Origin: Nanobdella aerobiophila
GTDB taxonomy: Archaea; Nanobdellota; Nanobdellia; Nanobdellales; Nanobdellaceae
Reading direction: 5' to 3'
NCBI RefSeq assembly: GCF_023169545.1
Contig: NZ_AP019769.1
Span: forward strand, 480,001-512,000
Length of the DNA: 32,000 nucleotides
Of the stretch, positions 1 to 9,278 are shown in pieces. The position numbers and the translations under genes were made by a program. The notes under the pieces were generated by a model. It saw nothing but the letters and a program-made list of their open reading frames with translations. It searched no databases and was not told the DNA's origin. Each line of letters starts with the position of its first letter. The stretch's first letter is position 1.

Positions 1-490
1 GCCATTCTATAAATTTATTATACCAAGGATTTATTCTAGAAGTATAAAATTCCCTCCTCCAATCTATCGAAAAACCCATCTTTTTCATGGTCTCTTCAGC
101 ATATCTTATAAAATATAATGCCCAACCTTCGGAAGTCTTCAATCTATCAAAATCTTCTTCAGGTATGCCATCTTGTTTTAGATCATTAATTATTTTTTGA
201 TTTCCTTCTTTTAGTTGCATGGACTTAGATACTATTGGTGAACCAGTTATATGGAACCCCATCGGAAACAAAACATTATATCCTTTTAATCTCTTATATC
301 TTGCATAGAAATCAATCCTTGATTCTGTTAAACCATGACCCAGGTGTAATAACCCACTCATATAAGGATATGGAGATGTAACAAAAACTTTTTCTTTTGA
401 AGGATCTGGATTTGCTTCAAAAACTTTTTTTTCCTCCCAAATTTTTCTCCATTTTTCTTCTACACTTTTAAAATCTATACTTATTTCCAT
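1..490 (-). CDS. leuS: Leucyl-tRNA synthetase, archaeal type, N-terminal part (gene runs off the left edge)
   Basis: Manual minus-strand translation from ATG at 490: MEISIDFKSVEEKWRKIWEEKKVFEANPDPSKEKVFVTSPYPYMSGLLHLGHGLTESRIDFYARYKRLKGYNVLFPMGFHITGSPIV... contains the class I HIGH-type motif (LHLGH); reading frame open to position 1. Confidence 0.88.
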   Translation of the reverse strand, partial: MEISIDFKSVEEKWRKIWEEKKVFEANPDPSKEKVFVTSPYPYMSGLLHLGHGLTESRIDFYARYKRLKGYNVLFPMGFHITGSPIVSKSMQLKEGNQKIINDLKQDGIPEEDFDRLKTSEGWALYFIRYAEETMKKMGFSIDWRREFYTSRINPWYNKFIEW

Positions 491-542
491 GATATTATAA
501 AAGGCGTAAAAATTTAAAAGATATTTTAATATTTAATTAAAA

Positions 543-1145
543 ATGGCTTATAATAAAAAATATGCAGACTGGGGAAAGAAGGTATGGATAGATATAATTG
601 CACCTTCAAATATATTTAACGAAATTAAGCTTGGTGAAACACCCATAAACAAAGATAACATAGAAAATGTAGTTGGTAGAAAGTTAGATCTAAACTTAGC
701 CTTTATATTAAATAATTTTAGATATCAGAATTTTAAGGCTATATTTAAAATAAATAAGATATCTGGAACAAAAGCGTATTCAGATTTAGTTGACATAATG
801 CTATACCCAGCTTATATAAGAAGGGTAAGTAGAAAAGGAACCTCAAAGATAGAAGAATCTTTTGAAGCAAATACAAAAGATAATTATCTTATAAAGGTCA
901 AACCACTTATAATAACAAAATATAAAGCACATAGAGAACAAAAAAATGAATTAAGGAAATCATTCAGAAAGTATCTTGAAGAAAAGATACCAACCCTAAA
1001 TTATTATGAATTAATAGAAAAGATGATAAATTACGACCTACAAAATGAAGTAAAGCAAGTTCTAAATAAAATATTTCCAGTAAATAATATAGAGATACGA
1101 AGGATTACATACATTAAACAGGTTCAATTGGCAGAAAATAAATAG
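543..1145 (+). CDS. rps3ae: 30S ribosomal protein S3Ae (eS1)
   Basis: 200 aa basic protein: KKVWIDIIAPSNIFNEIKLGET..., FKINKISGTKAYSDLVDIMLYPAYIRRVSRKGTSKIEESF typical of eS1. Confidence 0.85.
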   Translation: MAYNKKYADWGKKVWIDIIAPSNIFNEIKLGETPINKDNIENVVGRKLDLNLAFILNNFRYQNFKAIFKINKISGTKAYSDLVDIMLYPAYIRRVSRKGTSKIEESFEANTKDNYLIKVKPLIITKYKAHREQKNELRKSFRKYLEEKIPTLNYYELIEKMINYDLQNEVKQVLNKIFPVNNIEIRRITYIKQVQLAENK

Positions 1146-2294
1146 CTATTTTTTAATTTCTATTAAGAATCCTGTTAAATATTTTAATTCTTGGTGAGGG
1201 AATATAACCTTATGATCTAGAGCCTGCTGGAATCTATATAGTACTTCAAATCTCTTATTTTTTCTTCTAATTATTGTTCTTAATAAAGAATAAAACTTTT
1301 CTTCTTTCATATCCTGAGAGCATGAGAAAGTTATTAAATATCCTTCATCTATTAAATCTAAGGCTATAGAATTAATTAATATAGTACTTTTTATCCCCTT
1401 TATATAATTATCTGCTAATAGGTCCGGCGGATCCAATATTACTATATCAAATTTCTTATTTTCTCTATAAAATTCCTGTAAAACTTTATATGCATTTTCA
1501 TTTATTATCTTATAATTATCTATACCATTTATTTTAATATTTTTTGATAGCAATTTAATAGAATTCTTATTTTTCTCTACAAAATATCTATATCCGGCAT
1601 TTATTATTATACCAAAAGAACCAAGATAAGAAAATGCATCTAAAACCTCATCTCCATATATATTATTTATTATTTTCCTATTCTCTCTCTGGTCTAAAAA
1701 CCAACCCGTCTTTTGACCACTTATAATATCTATATCAAAATTTTTACCTACCTCTTCTATTGTAGTTCTACTTTTATTATTATATAAAAATCTTTCAACA
1801 GGCATTAAAAAAGCCCTTTCTCTTTGCTTACCTACACTTTTCTCGTATATAGTAATATTCTTTCCAAATATTTCAATTAATACTTCTTTTATTATATTAA
1901 TATTTTTGTCTAAAAAGGCATTGGAATTCTGTAAAACAAATATATCATTAAATTTATCAATAATTAAACCTGATATAAAATCAGATTCTGAATATATCAA
2001 TCTATAATGATCTTTATAATTTATTACATTTTCTCTATACTCCCTTGCTTTCTCTATTTTATCTTTTAATTCAGAATATAAATCAAAATCCTCATTATAA
2101 GACATTATTCTTAAATAATTATAATAATCTTTTGGATTAATAGCTCCCCATGCAACAAAATTATTATTATATTTTATCTTTACTAGTTCTCCAGGATTTA
2201 CATCTATATTTTTTACCAAATTAGAAGAAAAGGTCTGTCTTCCTTTTTTTATTTCTCTATATATATAATTATTTATATTCAATTCATATTGCAT
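1146..2294 (-). CDS. RlmI-like SAM-dependent rRNA methyltransferase (PUA + class I MTase)
   Basis: Motifs GWFLDQRENR, VLDAFSYLGSFGI, FDIVILDPPDL, CSQ in RlmI-like order; N-terminal PUA-like region. Confidence 0.8.
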   Translation of the reverse strand: MQYELNINNYIYREIKKGRQTFSSNLVKNIDVNPGELVKIKYNNNFVAWGAINPKDYYNYLRIMSYNEDFDLYSELKDKIEKAREYRENVINYKDHYRLIYSESDFISGLIIDKFNDIFVLQNSNAFLDKNINIIKEVLIEIFGKNITIYEKSVGKQRERAFLMPVERFLYNNKSRTTIEEVGKNFDIDIISGQKTGWFLDQRENRKIINNIYGDEVLDAFSYLGSFGIIINAGYRYFVEKNKNSIKLLSKNIKINGIDNYKIINENAYKVLQEFYRENKKFDIVILDPPDLLADNYIKGIKSTILINSIALDLIDEGYLITFSCSQDMKEEKFYSLLRTIIRRKNKRFEVLYRFQQALDHKVIFPHQELKYLTGFLIEIKK

Positions 2295-3615
2295 ATTCTA
2301 TTGATAATATTAGATAATAGAAACCTGACTCTGTTTGGTTCATTTCTATAAGATCTTTACCAAATTGCAAATAATTATATGAAGTTATTGAGAATCCATA
2401 TTTATTATAATAATAATAATCTAAATATTCTATATTATTAGCTGTATTAATATTCATATAATTAGTATCATTTGCTATATAAAGATAGTATATATTTGCT
2501 AAGAAATTCATCTCATCAAAACAAGATAAATTTTGTGGTAATTGTCCTTGGTAAGTATACTGCATTAATTGGTATTCTTGATTTATTAAATTACATTCAT
2601 TATTTTTATTTATATTCTGCGTAATTGGTAAAAATTCTGACCAGCCCAATGCAGAATAATATCTCCAGTAAGAATAAGATATATTATTCAAGGATGAATT
2701 TGCAGCCTCCAATCTTGATATAACTTGATATTTAATTTCTTTACATTCATAATTACCATAACAACTATAACTAGTAACATTATTGTACAAAGAGTTTATA
2801 TCATTAATTACTTGAGCTTCCGATATATTTATATTATTGCTAGAAACATGACTTTCAAAACACAAACTAGCCGCAGTGTAATAGTCGCCTCTAGATATAT
2901 AATAACTGACATTTGTATCATTTATACCCGAACATATTTGGGACTCTATATTTTTTATCGTACTAGTATAAGATGCGGGAGGAGAATAGGTTTCATTTAT
3001 AGTATAATTAAAGTATACATTTTCTAGATCCAATATAGTACTTATTGGTATTATATTACTATTATTATAATATGGAGCTACTAGATAAGGAAAGTACTGC
3101 AAGGTTGCATTTAATTTATAGCTAATCCCTGCCACAGGTGCTATTAGACCATTTGGCAACATAAAACCTGTTACAGGATAGTTGACTATAGGAGTTTCAT
3201 TATTTAATGCTTCTAGAACCAATAATGTTAATCCCGCAGTTCCAGAAAAACCATCTGCAAATAAAACATCATTAGATGAGAAATAATAATTATAATTATT
3301 ACAATTAATTGGATCTATGGAACAGTATGCATCTTTTGCATATAAATACGCTAAATTATATGGTTGTTGAAATATAGGAGGCACTGATTCATATACAGTA
3401 CCATCTCCATTGGACACATATAAACTAAATTGAGTAATTTCACCAGACAAATTATTTGAATTATTTAGTACTGCAGGGATATAAACAGAATATATAGAAC
3501 TAGAATTATAGTAAATATATCTGAAGCTTACTATATATACTAGTAAAGACAATATCACCAATAATCCTATGACCGCTATAATTATCTTGGATATATAACC
3601 AAATTTAAATTTCAT
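2284..3615 (-). CDS. Hypothetical exported or membrane-anchored protein
   Basis: 443 aa; N-terminal transmembrane/signal anchor (IIIAVIGLLVILSLLVYIVSF) followed by an N/Y/S-rich extracytoplasmic-type region. Confidence 0.65.
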   Translation of the reverse strand: MKFKFGYISKIIIAVIGLLVILSLLVYIVSFRYIYYNSSSIYSVYIPAVLNNSNNLSGEITQFSLYVSNGDGTVYESVPPIFQQPYNLAYLYAKDAYCSIDPINCNNYNYYFSSNDVLFADGFSGTAGLTLLVLEALNNETPIVNYPVTGFMLPNGLIAPVAGISYKLNATLQYFPYLVAPYYNNSNIIPISTILDLENVYFNYTINETYSPPASYTSTIKNIESQICSGINDTNVSYYISRGDYYTAASLCFESHVSSNNINISEAQVINDINSLYNNVTSYSCYGNYECKEIKYQVISRLEAANSSLNNISYSYWRYYSALGWSEFLPITQNINKNNECNLINQEYQLMQYTYQGQLPQNLSCFDEMNFLANIYYLYIANDTNYMNINTANNIEYLDYYYYNKYGFSITSYNYLQFGKDLIEMNQTESGFYYLILSIEYAI

Positions 3616-3637
3616 TTATGAGATGTATCAAAAAAAT

Positions 3638-4492
3638 TTATAAAGCATTCCAATACCTTAATATTTCTTTTTCTGATTTTTCTATCATACCTTCAATTTT
3701 CTTAAATTCTTCTTTAGAATATGATATCTGTTTTTTGAGGAAGAAATAATAATATTCTCCATTGTCAATTTTCAAGGTTTGATATCGAGAATTATTTGTA
3801 GGCGAATTTAAAATCTTCAAACCATTCTTATGATTTTTAATTATTTTATTAAGTACCAGTCCTAGTTGGTATTCAAATCTACTATATAAAGCTAAAACTA
3901 TATATCCATTAGTACATTCTTTCTCAATTATTTTATTATCCATCATTTTTTCGGCCAAGTATAGATATATTAATACTTGATTTGATGCACTTTCAATTAC
4001 TTCATTCAATTTTTCTATTATTGGTTTATCTTTATCTACATACAAGCTCTTTAACTCGTATAATTCAATACACTTATCAAAGGATATTATATCTGGTTTT
4101 CCTACTATTAGAGAGTATTTAACTGATCTAGCATCATAATAAGGTTTATAATATGCTAAATATATATTACCTACCCAATTTTTTAAATACCTAGCTTTAT
4201 AAGTATTAAGAAGATAGTCATGAAACGTCTTATTTGAATCTACTATAAATACAGGCTTTCCTTTTAATAGATAATTAACTGGTATTGAAATATAAACTTT
4301 TTTACCATTTAATAAAATACTAGGCGACTTTTCCTTATTTGATTTAATATAATTGATCATATGATGATTATATTCAACAAATATTTTTTCTAAGTTTTTA
4401 GAACCGTCTCCAGTGGATACATCAAGAGGTTGACTTCCTATTTTATCTAATATATCATCGATCGTCTTTATAGACCACTGGTAATTATGCAT
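3638..4492 (-). CDS. PD-(D/E)XK nuclease-like protein
   Basis: Contains GKPDIISFDKCIELYELKS (PD...ExK spacing). The supplied ORF starts at 4612 inside the tRNA-Ser gene; the internal ATG at 4492 (MHNYQWSIK) is the likely true start. Confidence 0.6.
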   Translation of the reverse strand: MHNYQWSIKTIDDILDKIGSQPLDVSTGDGSKNLEKIFVEYNHHMINYIKSNKEKSPSILLNGKKVYISIPVNYLLKGKPVFIVDSNKTFHDYLLNTYKARYLKNWVGNIYLAYYKPYYDARSVKYSLIVGKPDIISFDKCIELYELKSLYVDKDKPIIEKLNEVIESASNQVLIYLYLAEKMMDNKIIEKECTNGYIVLALYSRFEYQLGLVLNKIIKNHKNGLKILNSPTNNSRYQTLKIDNGEYYYFFLKKQISYSKEEFKKIEGMIEKSEKEILRYWNAL

Positions 4493-4522
4493 TAATAGTA
4501 AATAGTAATAAAGGATATAAAC

Positions 4523-4607
4523 CCGCCGTGGGTGGGATTTGAACCCACGTCCCCTTTCGGGGATATGGTCTCCAGCCATACCCCTTGGACCGCTCGGGCA
4601 CCACGGC
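4523..4607 (-). tRNA. tRNA-Ser (anticodon GGA)
   Basis: Reverse complement GCCGTGG TG CCCGAGCGGTCCAAGGGG TATGG CTGGAGA CCATA TCCCCGAAAGGGGAC GTGGG TTCAAAT CCCAC CCACGGC G: 7-bp acceptor, long variable arm, canonical T arm, anticodon loop CTGGAGA. Confidence 0.95.
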
Positions 4608-4608
4608 A

Positions 4609-4998
4609 TCAATTATATTTTAATTCAATATCATATAATACATTAGAATATTTATATAAAAGTTGTATGAGATCATTGCTAGTTAAATTTACATTATTAG
4701 AATAGCATCTTGTACTTTGGTTAATATATAATATAGATTGATTACAAGATAGATTATATCTAACTCCAGATATATTCAATATAAATTGATTTGTGTATAT
4801 TTCTGGTAATTGTATATCATTTAAATACAAATATAATGTATTGTTTGAATAATTTACTGTATAGTTATATGGGTTTGTATAAAAATTAAAATTCATAGAA
4901 CCATATAATACCTTATGTAAATAATTATAATAATAATATAGTATTAATATAGTAGCTATTATGGCAAAAATTAGGATAATCCCATAGTATTTTTTCAT
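4609..4998 (-). CDS. Small membrane-anchored hypothetical protein
   Basis: ORF with N-terminal TM segment (YYGIILIFAIIATILILYYYY). The track start at 5052 overlaps the divergent gene's ATG; the internal MKKYYG start at 4998 is more likely. Confidence 0.5.
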   Translation of the reverse strand: MKKYYGIILIFAIIATILILYYYYNYLHKVLYGSMNFNFYTNPYNYTVNYSNNTLYLYLNDIQLPEIYTNQFILNISGVRYNLSCNQSILYINQSTRCYSNNVNLTSNDLIQLLYKYSNVLYDIELKYN

Positions 4999-5050
4999 AC
5001 CTTTTTTATATCTAAAATTCTTTTTAAATTTTTTATGATAAAATAAATTC

Positions 5051-5257
5051 ATGAAAAAAATAAAGGTATTTATAGAAAAATATAATCTTGAAAAAGAGAT
5101 AGACTTTAATGGTAATAATATAAAAGAATTATTAAATATGCTAAATCTAGACCCATCAAGATTTTTAGTATTAAAAAATAATGAAATAGTAACTGAAGAG
5201 GATAATATAAATGAAGGAGATTATATAAAAATTCTAGATTCCGTATCGGGGGGATAA
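5051..5257 (+). CDS. Ubiquitin-like small modifier / sulfur-carrier protein (ThiS/MoaD/SAMP-like)
   Basis: 68 aa protein with beta-grasp-like composition (FLVLKNNEIVTEEDNINEGDYIKILDSVSGG) ending exactly in Gly-Gly. Confidence 0.75.
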   Translation: MKKIKVFIEKYNLEKEIDFNGNNIKELLNMLNLDPSRFLVLKNNEIVTEEDNINEGDYIKILDSVSGG

Positions 5258-5291
5258 AATTTATATATAATAGAGGATTTATCATAACCTT

Positions 5292-6209
5292 ATGTATGAC
5301 CCTTATTATATAGATTATTATAATATTATAAAAAAATATGAAAATTTAGAAACAAAAGACTATAAAAAAATATTAATATCTGGAATGGGCGGTTCTGGAA
5401 TAAATGGCGATTATATTATACCAATATTAAATAATAGAGAAGTATATGTACTAAAAGATTATTTTTTACCAGAATTTGTAGATGATGAATGGTTAAATAT
5501 ATTTATTTCTTACTCCGGGGATACAGAAGAAACTATAAGTTCTATGAATGATTCAATAAATAATAAATTTAATACTATAGCAATTTCTGCTGGAGGGGAG
5601 ATGGAGAGGATAGCAAAAGAAAAAAATTTATATTATATCAAAATAGATAAAAATTTTCCAGCTACAAGATACACTTTTCCAATAATATTAGGAATTTTAT
5701 TGTCAATATTAGATAAAAACAAATATTATGAATTACTAGATATATTAAAGGATTATAAAGAAAAATTGAGGGACCTATCTTTATATGTAGATGATATAAA
5801 AAATCCTATAATGATATATACTGATAAAAAACATGAATCTTTAGCTTTAGGATTGAAAATGCATTTAAATGAGGAGGCAAAATGGTTTACTCAATATGGA
5901 ATCATATCTGAATATAATCATCATGATTTAGAAAGTATTAGTAAATTAAATATAGATTTTATATTATTAAAATTCAATTATTATCAGAGAATTGAATATA
6001 GAATAAATTATTTAAAAGATTTATTAGAACAATATGGAAATAATGTCTTATTATTTGATTTAAAATATAGAAATTTATTAGAAGAAATCGTATTAGGTAC
6101 ATTATCATTTAGAACATTTACATTAAAACTAGCAGAAAAATTAAATGTAGATCCATATCATAGTAAAAATATTGCTGGTTTAAAGGCATTTCTGAAAAAT
6201 ATTAAATAG
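5292..6209 (+). CDS. Bifunctional phosphoglucose/phosphomannose isomerase
   Basis: SIS-domain motifs ISGMGGSGINGDY, IFISYSGDTEETISS, NHHDLESI, C-terminal YHSKNIAGLKAFL. Confidence 0.88.
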   Translation: MYDPYYIDYYNIIKKYENLETKDYKKILISGMGGSGINGDYIIPILNNREVYVLKDYFLPEFVDDEWLNIFISYSGDTEETISSMNDSINNKFNTIAISAGGEMERIAKEKNLYYIKIDKNFPATRYTFPIILGILLSILDKNKYYELLDILKDYKEKLRDLSLYVDDIKNPIMIYTDKKHESLALGLKMHLNEEAKWFTQYGIISEYNHHDLESISKLNIDFILLKFNYYQRIEYRINYLKDLLEQYGNNVLLFDLKYRNLLEEIVLGTLSFRTFTLKLAEKLNVDPYHSKNIAGLKAFLKNIK

Positions 6210-6248
6210 TTTTTATTTTATATTGGTTTTCATATCTAAAGAATTATT

Positions 6249-6295
6249 AAATAGATAATATTAAACTTATACCTTTATATAAGTAGTTAATTAAA
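6249..6295 (+). pseudogene. Short relict resembling the 3' end of the downstream ATPase genes
   Basis: aatagataatattaaacttatacctttatataagtagttaattaa resembles aatagataatattaatattaaatttatacctttatataagtggttattaaat, the gene ends in the array. Confidence 0.55.
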
Positions 6296-6544
6296 TGTTG
6301 ATTAATTTTTTATCAAAAAATTTTTATTATTCTTTACTATCTCTTAATAATATGAAATTATTAAATACTCATAATAATCTATAAATCGCGTTTAATTGAA
6401 TATGAAATAAAAATACCTTTTATAAATTTTAGTAAATAGTTTTTATTAAACATAAAGTATAATTTATCTGCAAAAATATTATTGATACTTAATTTATTAT
6501 ATATATAATTTTTGTCTTTATATTAAAAATTTCCCTATAAGAAA

Positions 6545-6566
6545 GAAAATTTTTATAAAAAATTTC
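6545..6566 (+). promoter_or_regulatory. TATA-centred palindrome upstream of ATPase 1
   Basis: GAAAATTTTTATAAAAAATTTC; dyad centre 6555.5, 10/11 pairs; ATG at 6584. Confidence 0.4.
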
Positions 6567-6583
6567 CTCATTGTAAATAAAAT

Positions 6584-7846
6584 ATGAATGCAAAAAATAT
6601 AATGGATTTCTTCGAAGAGTATAATAATTTTAATCCTGAAATTATTGAAAGAGAATTAAAAATTGAAATAAATAGCAACTTTATAACTACAATAATAGGT
6701 CCAAGAAGGTCTGGTAAAACATATTATTTATTATATTTAAGAAAATTATTAAGAGATCCTTTATATTTAAATTTTGAAGATTCTAGATTAATAGATATAG
6801 ATTATAAAGATTTAAGAAATGTAATAAGATTATTCAAAGAAAATTATTATGAACCGCATACATTGTTATTAGATGAAATACAGAATTTAAAAGGGTGGGA
6901 AATTATTATTAGAGAATTACATGATTTAAAAAAATATAATATTATTATTACAGGTTCTTCTTCTAAATTATTATCGAAAGAAGTTGCAACACAATTAAGA
7001 GGAAGAACTATAACTTATTTATTATTACCTTTTTCTTTTAGGGAATATATAAAGATAAAAAATATTGAAATAAATTTAAGGTCTTTAGAAAATATTTCTG
7101 ATATAAAAAAATTATTGAAAGAATATTTAGAATATGGTGGATTTCCTGATGTAACATTTTCGGATAATAAAACAAAAATATTGAAAGAATATTCAGATTT
7201 AATATTATTTAGAGATTTTATAGAAAGATATAAAATAAAAAATTTAGAATTAGCCCGATTTTTACATAACTTTTTATTATCAAATTTTTCTGAAGAAATT
7301 TCAATAAATTCTATATACAATAAAATAAAAAGCATGAATATAATGTTATCAAAAAATACAATATATAACTATATAACAAAAATGGAAGATACAATTTATT
7401 TTTTCTTATTAGATAAATATTCAAATAAAATACATATTAGAAAAACTTGGCCAAAGAAAATATATATTTGTGATACAGGTTTATCAAAAACAATTAGATT
7501 TTCTGAAGATATTGGTAAATTAATGGAAAATATTATTTATTTAGAATTATTAAGAAAAACAAATATTAATCCATTATTAGAAATATATTATTTTAAAGAT
7601 TATCAACAACATGAAATAGACTTTTTAGTTAAAGAAGGAAATAATATTAAACAATTAATACAAGTATCATATATTAATAATTATGATGAAATAGATAAAA
7701 GAGAAATAAGATCATTATTAAAAGGATATAATTTATTTAATAAACCAGAATTATTAATAATTACATGGGATTATGAGGATAATAAAATAATAGATAATAT
7801 TAATATTAAATTTATACCTTTATATAAGTGGTTATTAAATATATGA
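6584..7846 (+). CDS. AAA+ ATPase with DUF4143-like C-terminal region (array copy 1)
   Basis: Walker A GPRRSGKTYYL, Walker B TLLLDEIQ, TGSSSKLLSKEVATQLRGR, C-terminal EIDFLVKEGNNIKQLIQVSY. Confidence 0.88.
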   Translation: MNAKNIMDFFEEYNNFNPEIIERELKIEINSNFITTIIGPRRSGKTYYLLYLRKLLRDPLYLNFEDSRLIDIDYKDLRNVIRLFKENYYEPHTLLLDEIQNLKGWEIIIRELHDLKKYNIIITGSSSKLLSKEVATQLRGRTITYLLLPFSFREYIKIKNIEINLRSLENISDIKKLLKEYLEYGGFPDVTFSDNKTKILKEYSDLILFRDFIERYKIKNLELARFLHNFLLSNFSEEISINSIYNKIKSMNIMLSKNTIYNYITKMEDTIYFFLLDKYSNKIHIRKTWPKKIYICDTGLSKTIRFSEDIGKLMENIIYLELLRKTNINPLLEIYYFKDYQQHEIDFLVKEGNNIKQLIQVSYINNYDEIDKREIRSLLKGYNLFNKPELLIITWDYEDNKIIDNINIKFIPLYKWLLNI

Positions 7847-7872
7847 TTTTTTATAAATGCTTACCCCTTTAG

Positions 7873-7900
7873 GGGTAAGGATTTAATAAAATTTTTACCC
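7873..7900 (+). promoter_or_regulatory. TATA-centred palindrome upstream of ATPase 2
   Basis: GGGTAAGG-ATTTAATAAAAT-TTTTACCC; dyad centre 7886.5 coincides with TTTAATAAAA (7882-7891); ATG at 7911. An adjacent perfect hairpin CTTACCCC-TTTA-GGGGTAAG lies at 7860-7879. Confidence 0.6.
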
Positions 7901-7910
7901 ATATAGTATT

Positions 7911-9185
7911 ATGGATATTAAAGATTATTTTATAAATAAAAAGGAATATATAAAGAGATTAAAAATATATCCAAGAGAACTTAGTATAAATATAAATAAG
8001 GAATTTGTTTTTTCGATAATAGGTCCAAGAAGATCTGGTAAAACATATTTCCTATATGATTTGATATTAAATAAATTAAAATTAAGAGATGAAGATTACA
8101 TTTTTATAAATTTTGAAGAAGAGGGGTTAGATTTTGATAAGGATAGAATTTATAATATAATAAAAAGTCACATTGAAATATATGAAAAAGAACCAGAATA
8201 TTTATTTTTTGATGAAATACAAAATCTAAAAGATTGGGAAAAATTTATTTATACATTATATGAACAAAAGAAATATTATATATTTATTACAGGTTCTTCA
8301 TCAAAATTATTATCAAAGGAAATTGCAACGCAATTTAGAGGAAGGAGTATAAGTTATATTATATTACCATTTAATTTTAAAGAAATATTATATATAAAGG
8401 GATTTGAAATAAAAAAATATTATACAATTAGTGAAAAAGGAAAAATTTTAAATATATTAAATAAATATTTACAATCTGGTGGATATCCGCAATTAATTTT
8501 AACAGATATAGATGAACAGGAATTTTTTAAATCATTAATAGATTCTATATTTTATAGAGATATCATAGAAAGATACAAGATAAAACAACAATATTTATTA
8601 GAACTAATTATAAAAATACTATCTTCTTCATTTTCTTCTCAATATTCGATAAATAAAATATACAATAGTTTAAAGTCATCCGGATTAAAAGTATCTAAAA
8701 AAACAGTATATAACTATATAAGATATTTGGAAAATGTTTTTCTAATTTTTTCTTTGAGACATTTTGATTTTTCAATCAAGAAAATGGAATTAGCAAATAA
8801 AAAATTATATTTTATTGATAATGGGATAATAAATTATTTATTAAATAATAGAATACCAAATAATATAGGAAGACTAATGGAAAATACTGTTTTTATTGAA
8901 TTATATAAAAAATATAAAGAAAATGTTTATTATTTATATGGAAATAATTATGAAATAGACTTTTTAATTAAAGAAGGAAATAATATAAAACAATTAATAC
9001 AAGTATCATATATTAATAATTATGATGAAATAGATAAAAGAGAAATAAGATCATTATTAAAAGGATATAAATTATTTAATAAACCAGAATTATTAATAAT
9101 TACTTGGGATTATGAAGATACAAAAATTATAGACAATATTAATATTAAGTTTATACCTTTATATAAATGGTTATTAAATATATAA
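7911..9185 (+). CDS. AAA+ ATPase with DUF4143-like C-terminal region (array copy 2)
   Basis: Walker A GPRRSGKTYFL, Walker B YLFFDEIQ, TGSSSKLLSKEIATQFRGR, C-terminal EIDFLIKEGNNIKQLIQVSY. Confidence 0.88.
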   Translation: MDIKDYFINKKEYIKRLKIYPRELSININKEFVFSIIGPRRSGKTYFLYDLILNKLKLRDEDYIFINFEEEGLDFDKDRIYNIIKSHIEIYEKEPEYLFFDEIQNLKDWEKFIYTLYEQKKYYIFITGSSSKLLSKEIATQFRGRSISYIILPFNFKEILYIKGFEIKKYYTISEKGKILNILNKYLQSGGYPQLILTDIDEQEFFKSLIDSIFYRDIIERYKIKQQYLLELIIKILSSSFSSQYSINKIYNSLKSSGLKVSKKTVYNYIRYLENVFLIFSLRHFDFSIKKMELANKKLYFIDNGIINYLLNNRIPNNIGRLMENTVFIELYKKYKENVYYLYGNNYEIDFLIKEGNNIKQLIQVSYINNYDEIDKREIRSLLKGYKLFNKPELLIITWDYEDTKIIDNINIKFIPLYKWLLNI

Positions 9186-9238
9186 TTTCTATTTGTTCAT
9201 AACATCCTTTTATTATATATTGTAATATTTTATTTATC

Positions 9239-9268
9239 AGTGCGAAAATTTAATAAAAAGTTCGCACT
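9239..9268 (+). promoter_or_regulatory. TATA-centred palindrome upstream of ATPase 3
   Basis: AGTGCGAA - AATTTAATAAAAAG - TTCGCACT: perfect 8-bp arms, dyad centre 9253.5 equals the centre of TTTAATAAAA (9249-9258). Confidence 0.7.
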
Positions 9269-9278
9269 AATAGATAAT

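Noticed and set aside
2725-3027. Plus-strand ORF of 100 aa
   Set aside because: Fully antisense to the 2284..3615 gene, low-complexity translation, no motif.
7015-7335. Minus-strand ORF inside ATPase 1
   Set aside because: Antisense shadow of a well-supported P-loop ATPase gene; the same applies to 10526..10876 and 12878..13063.
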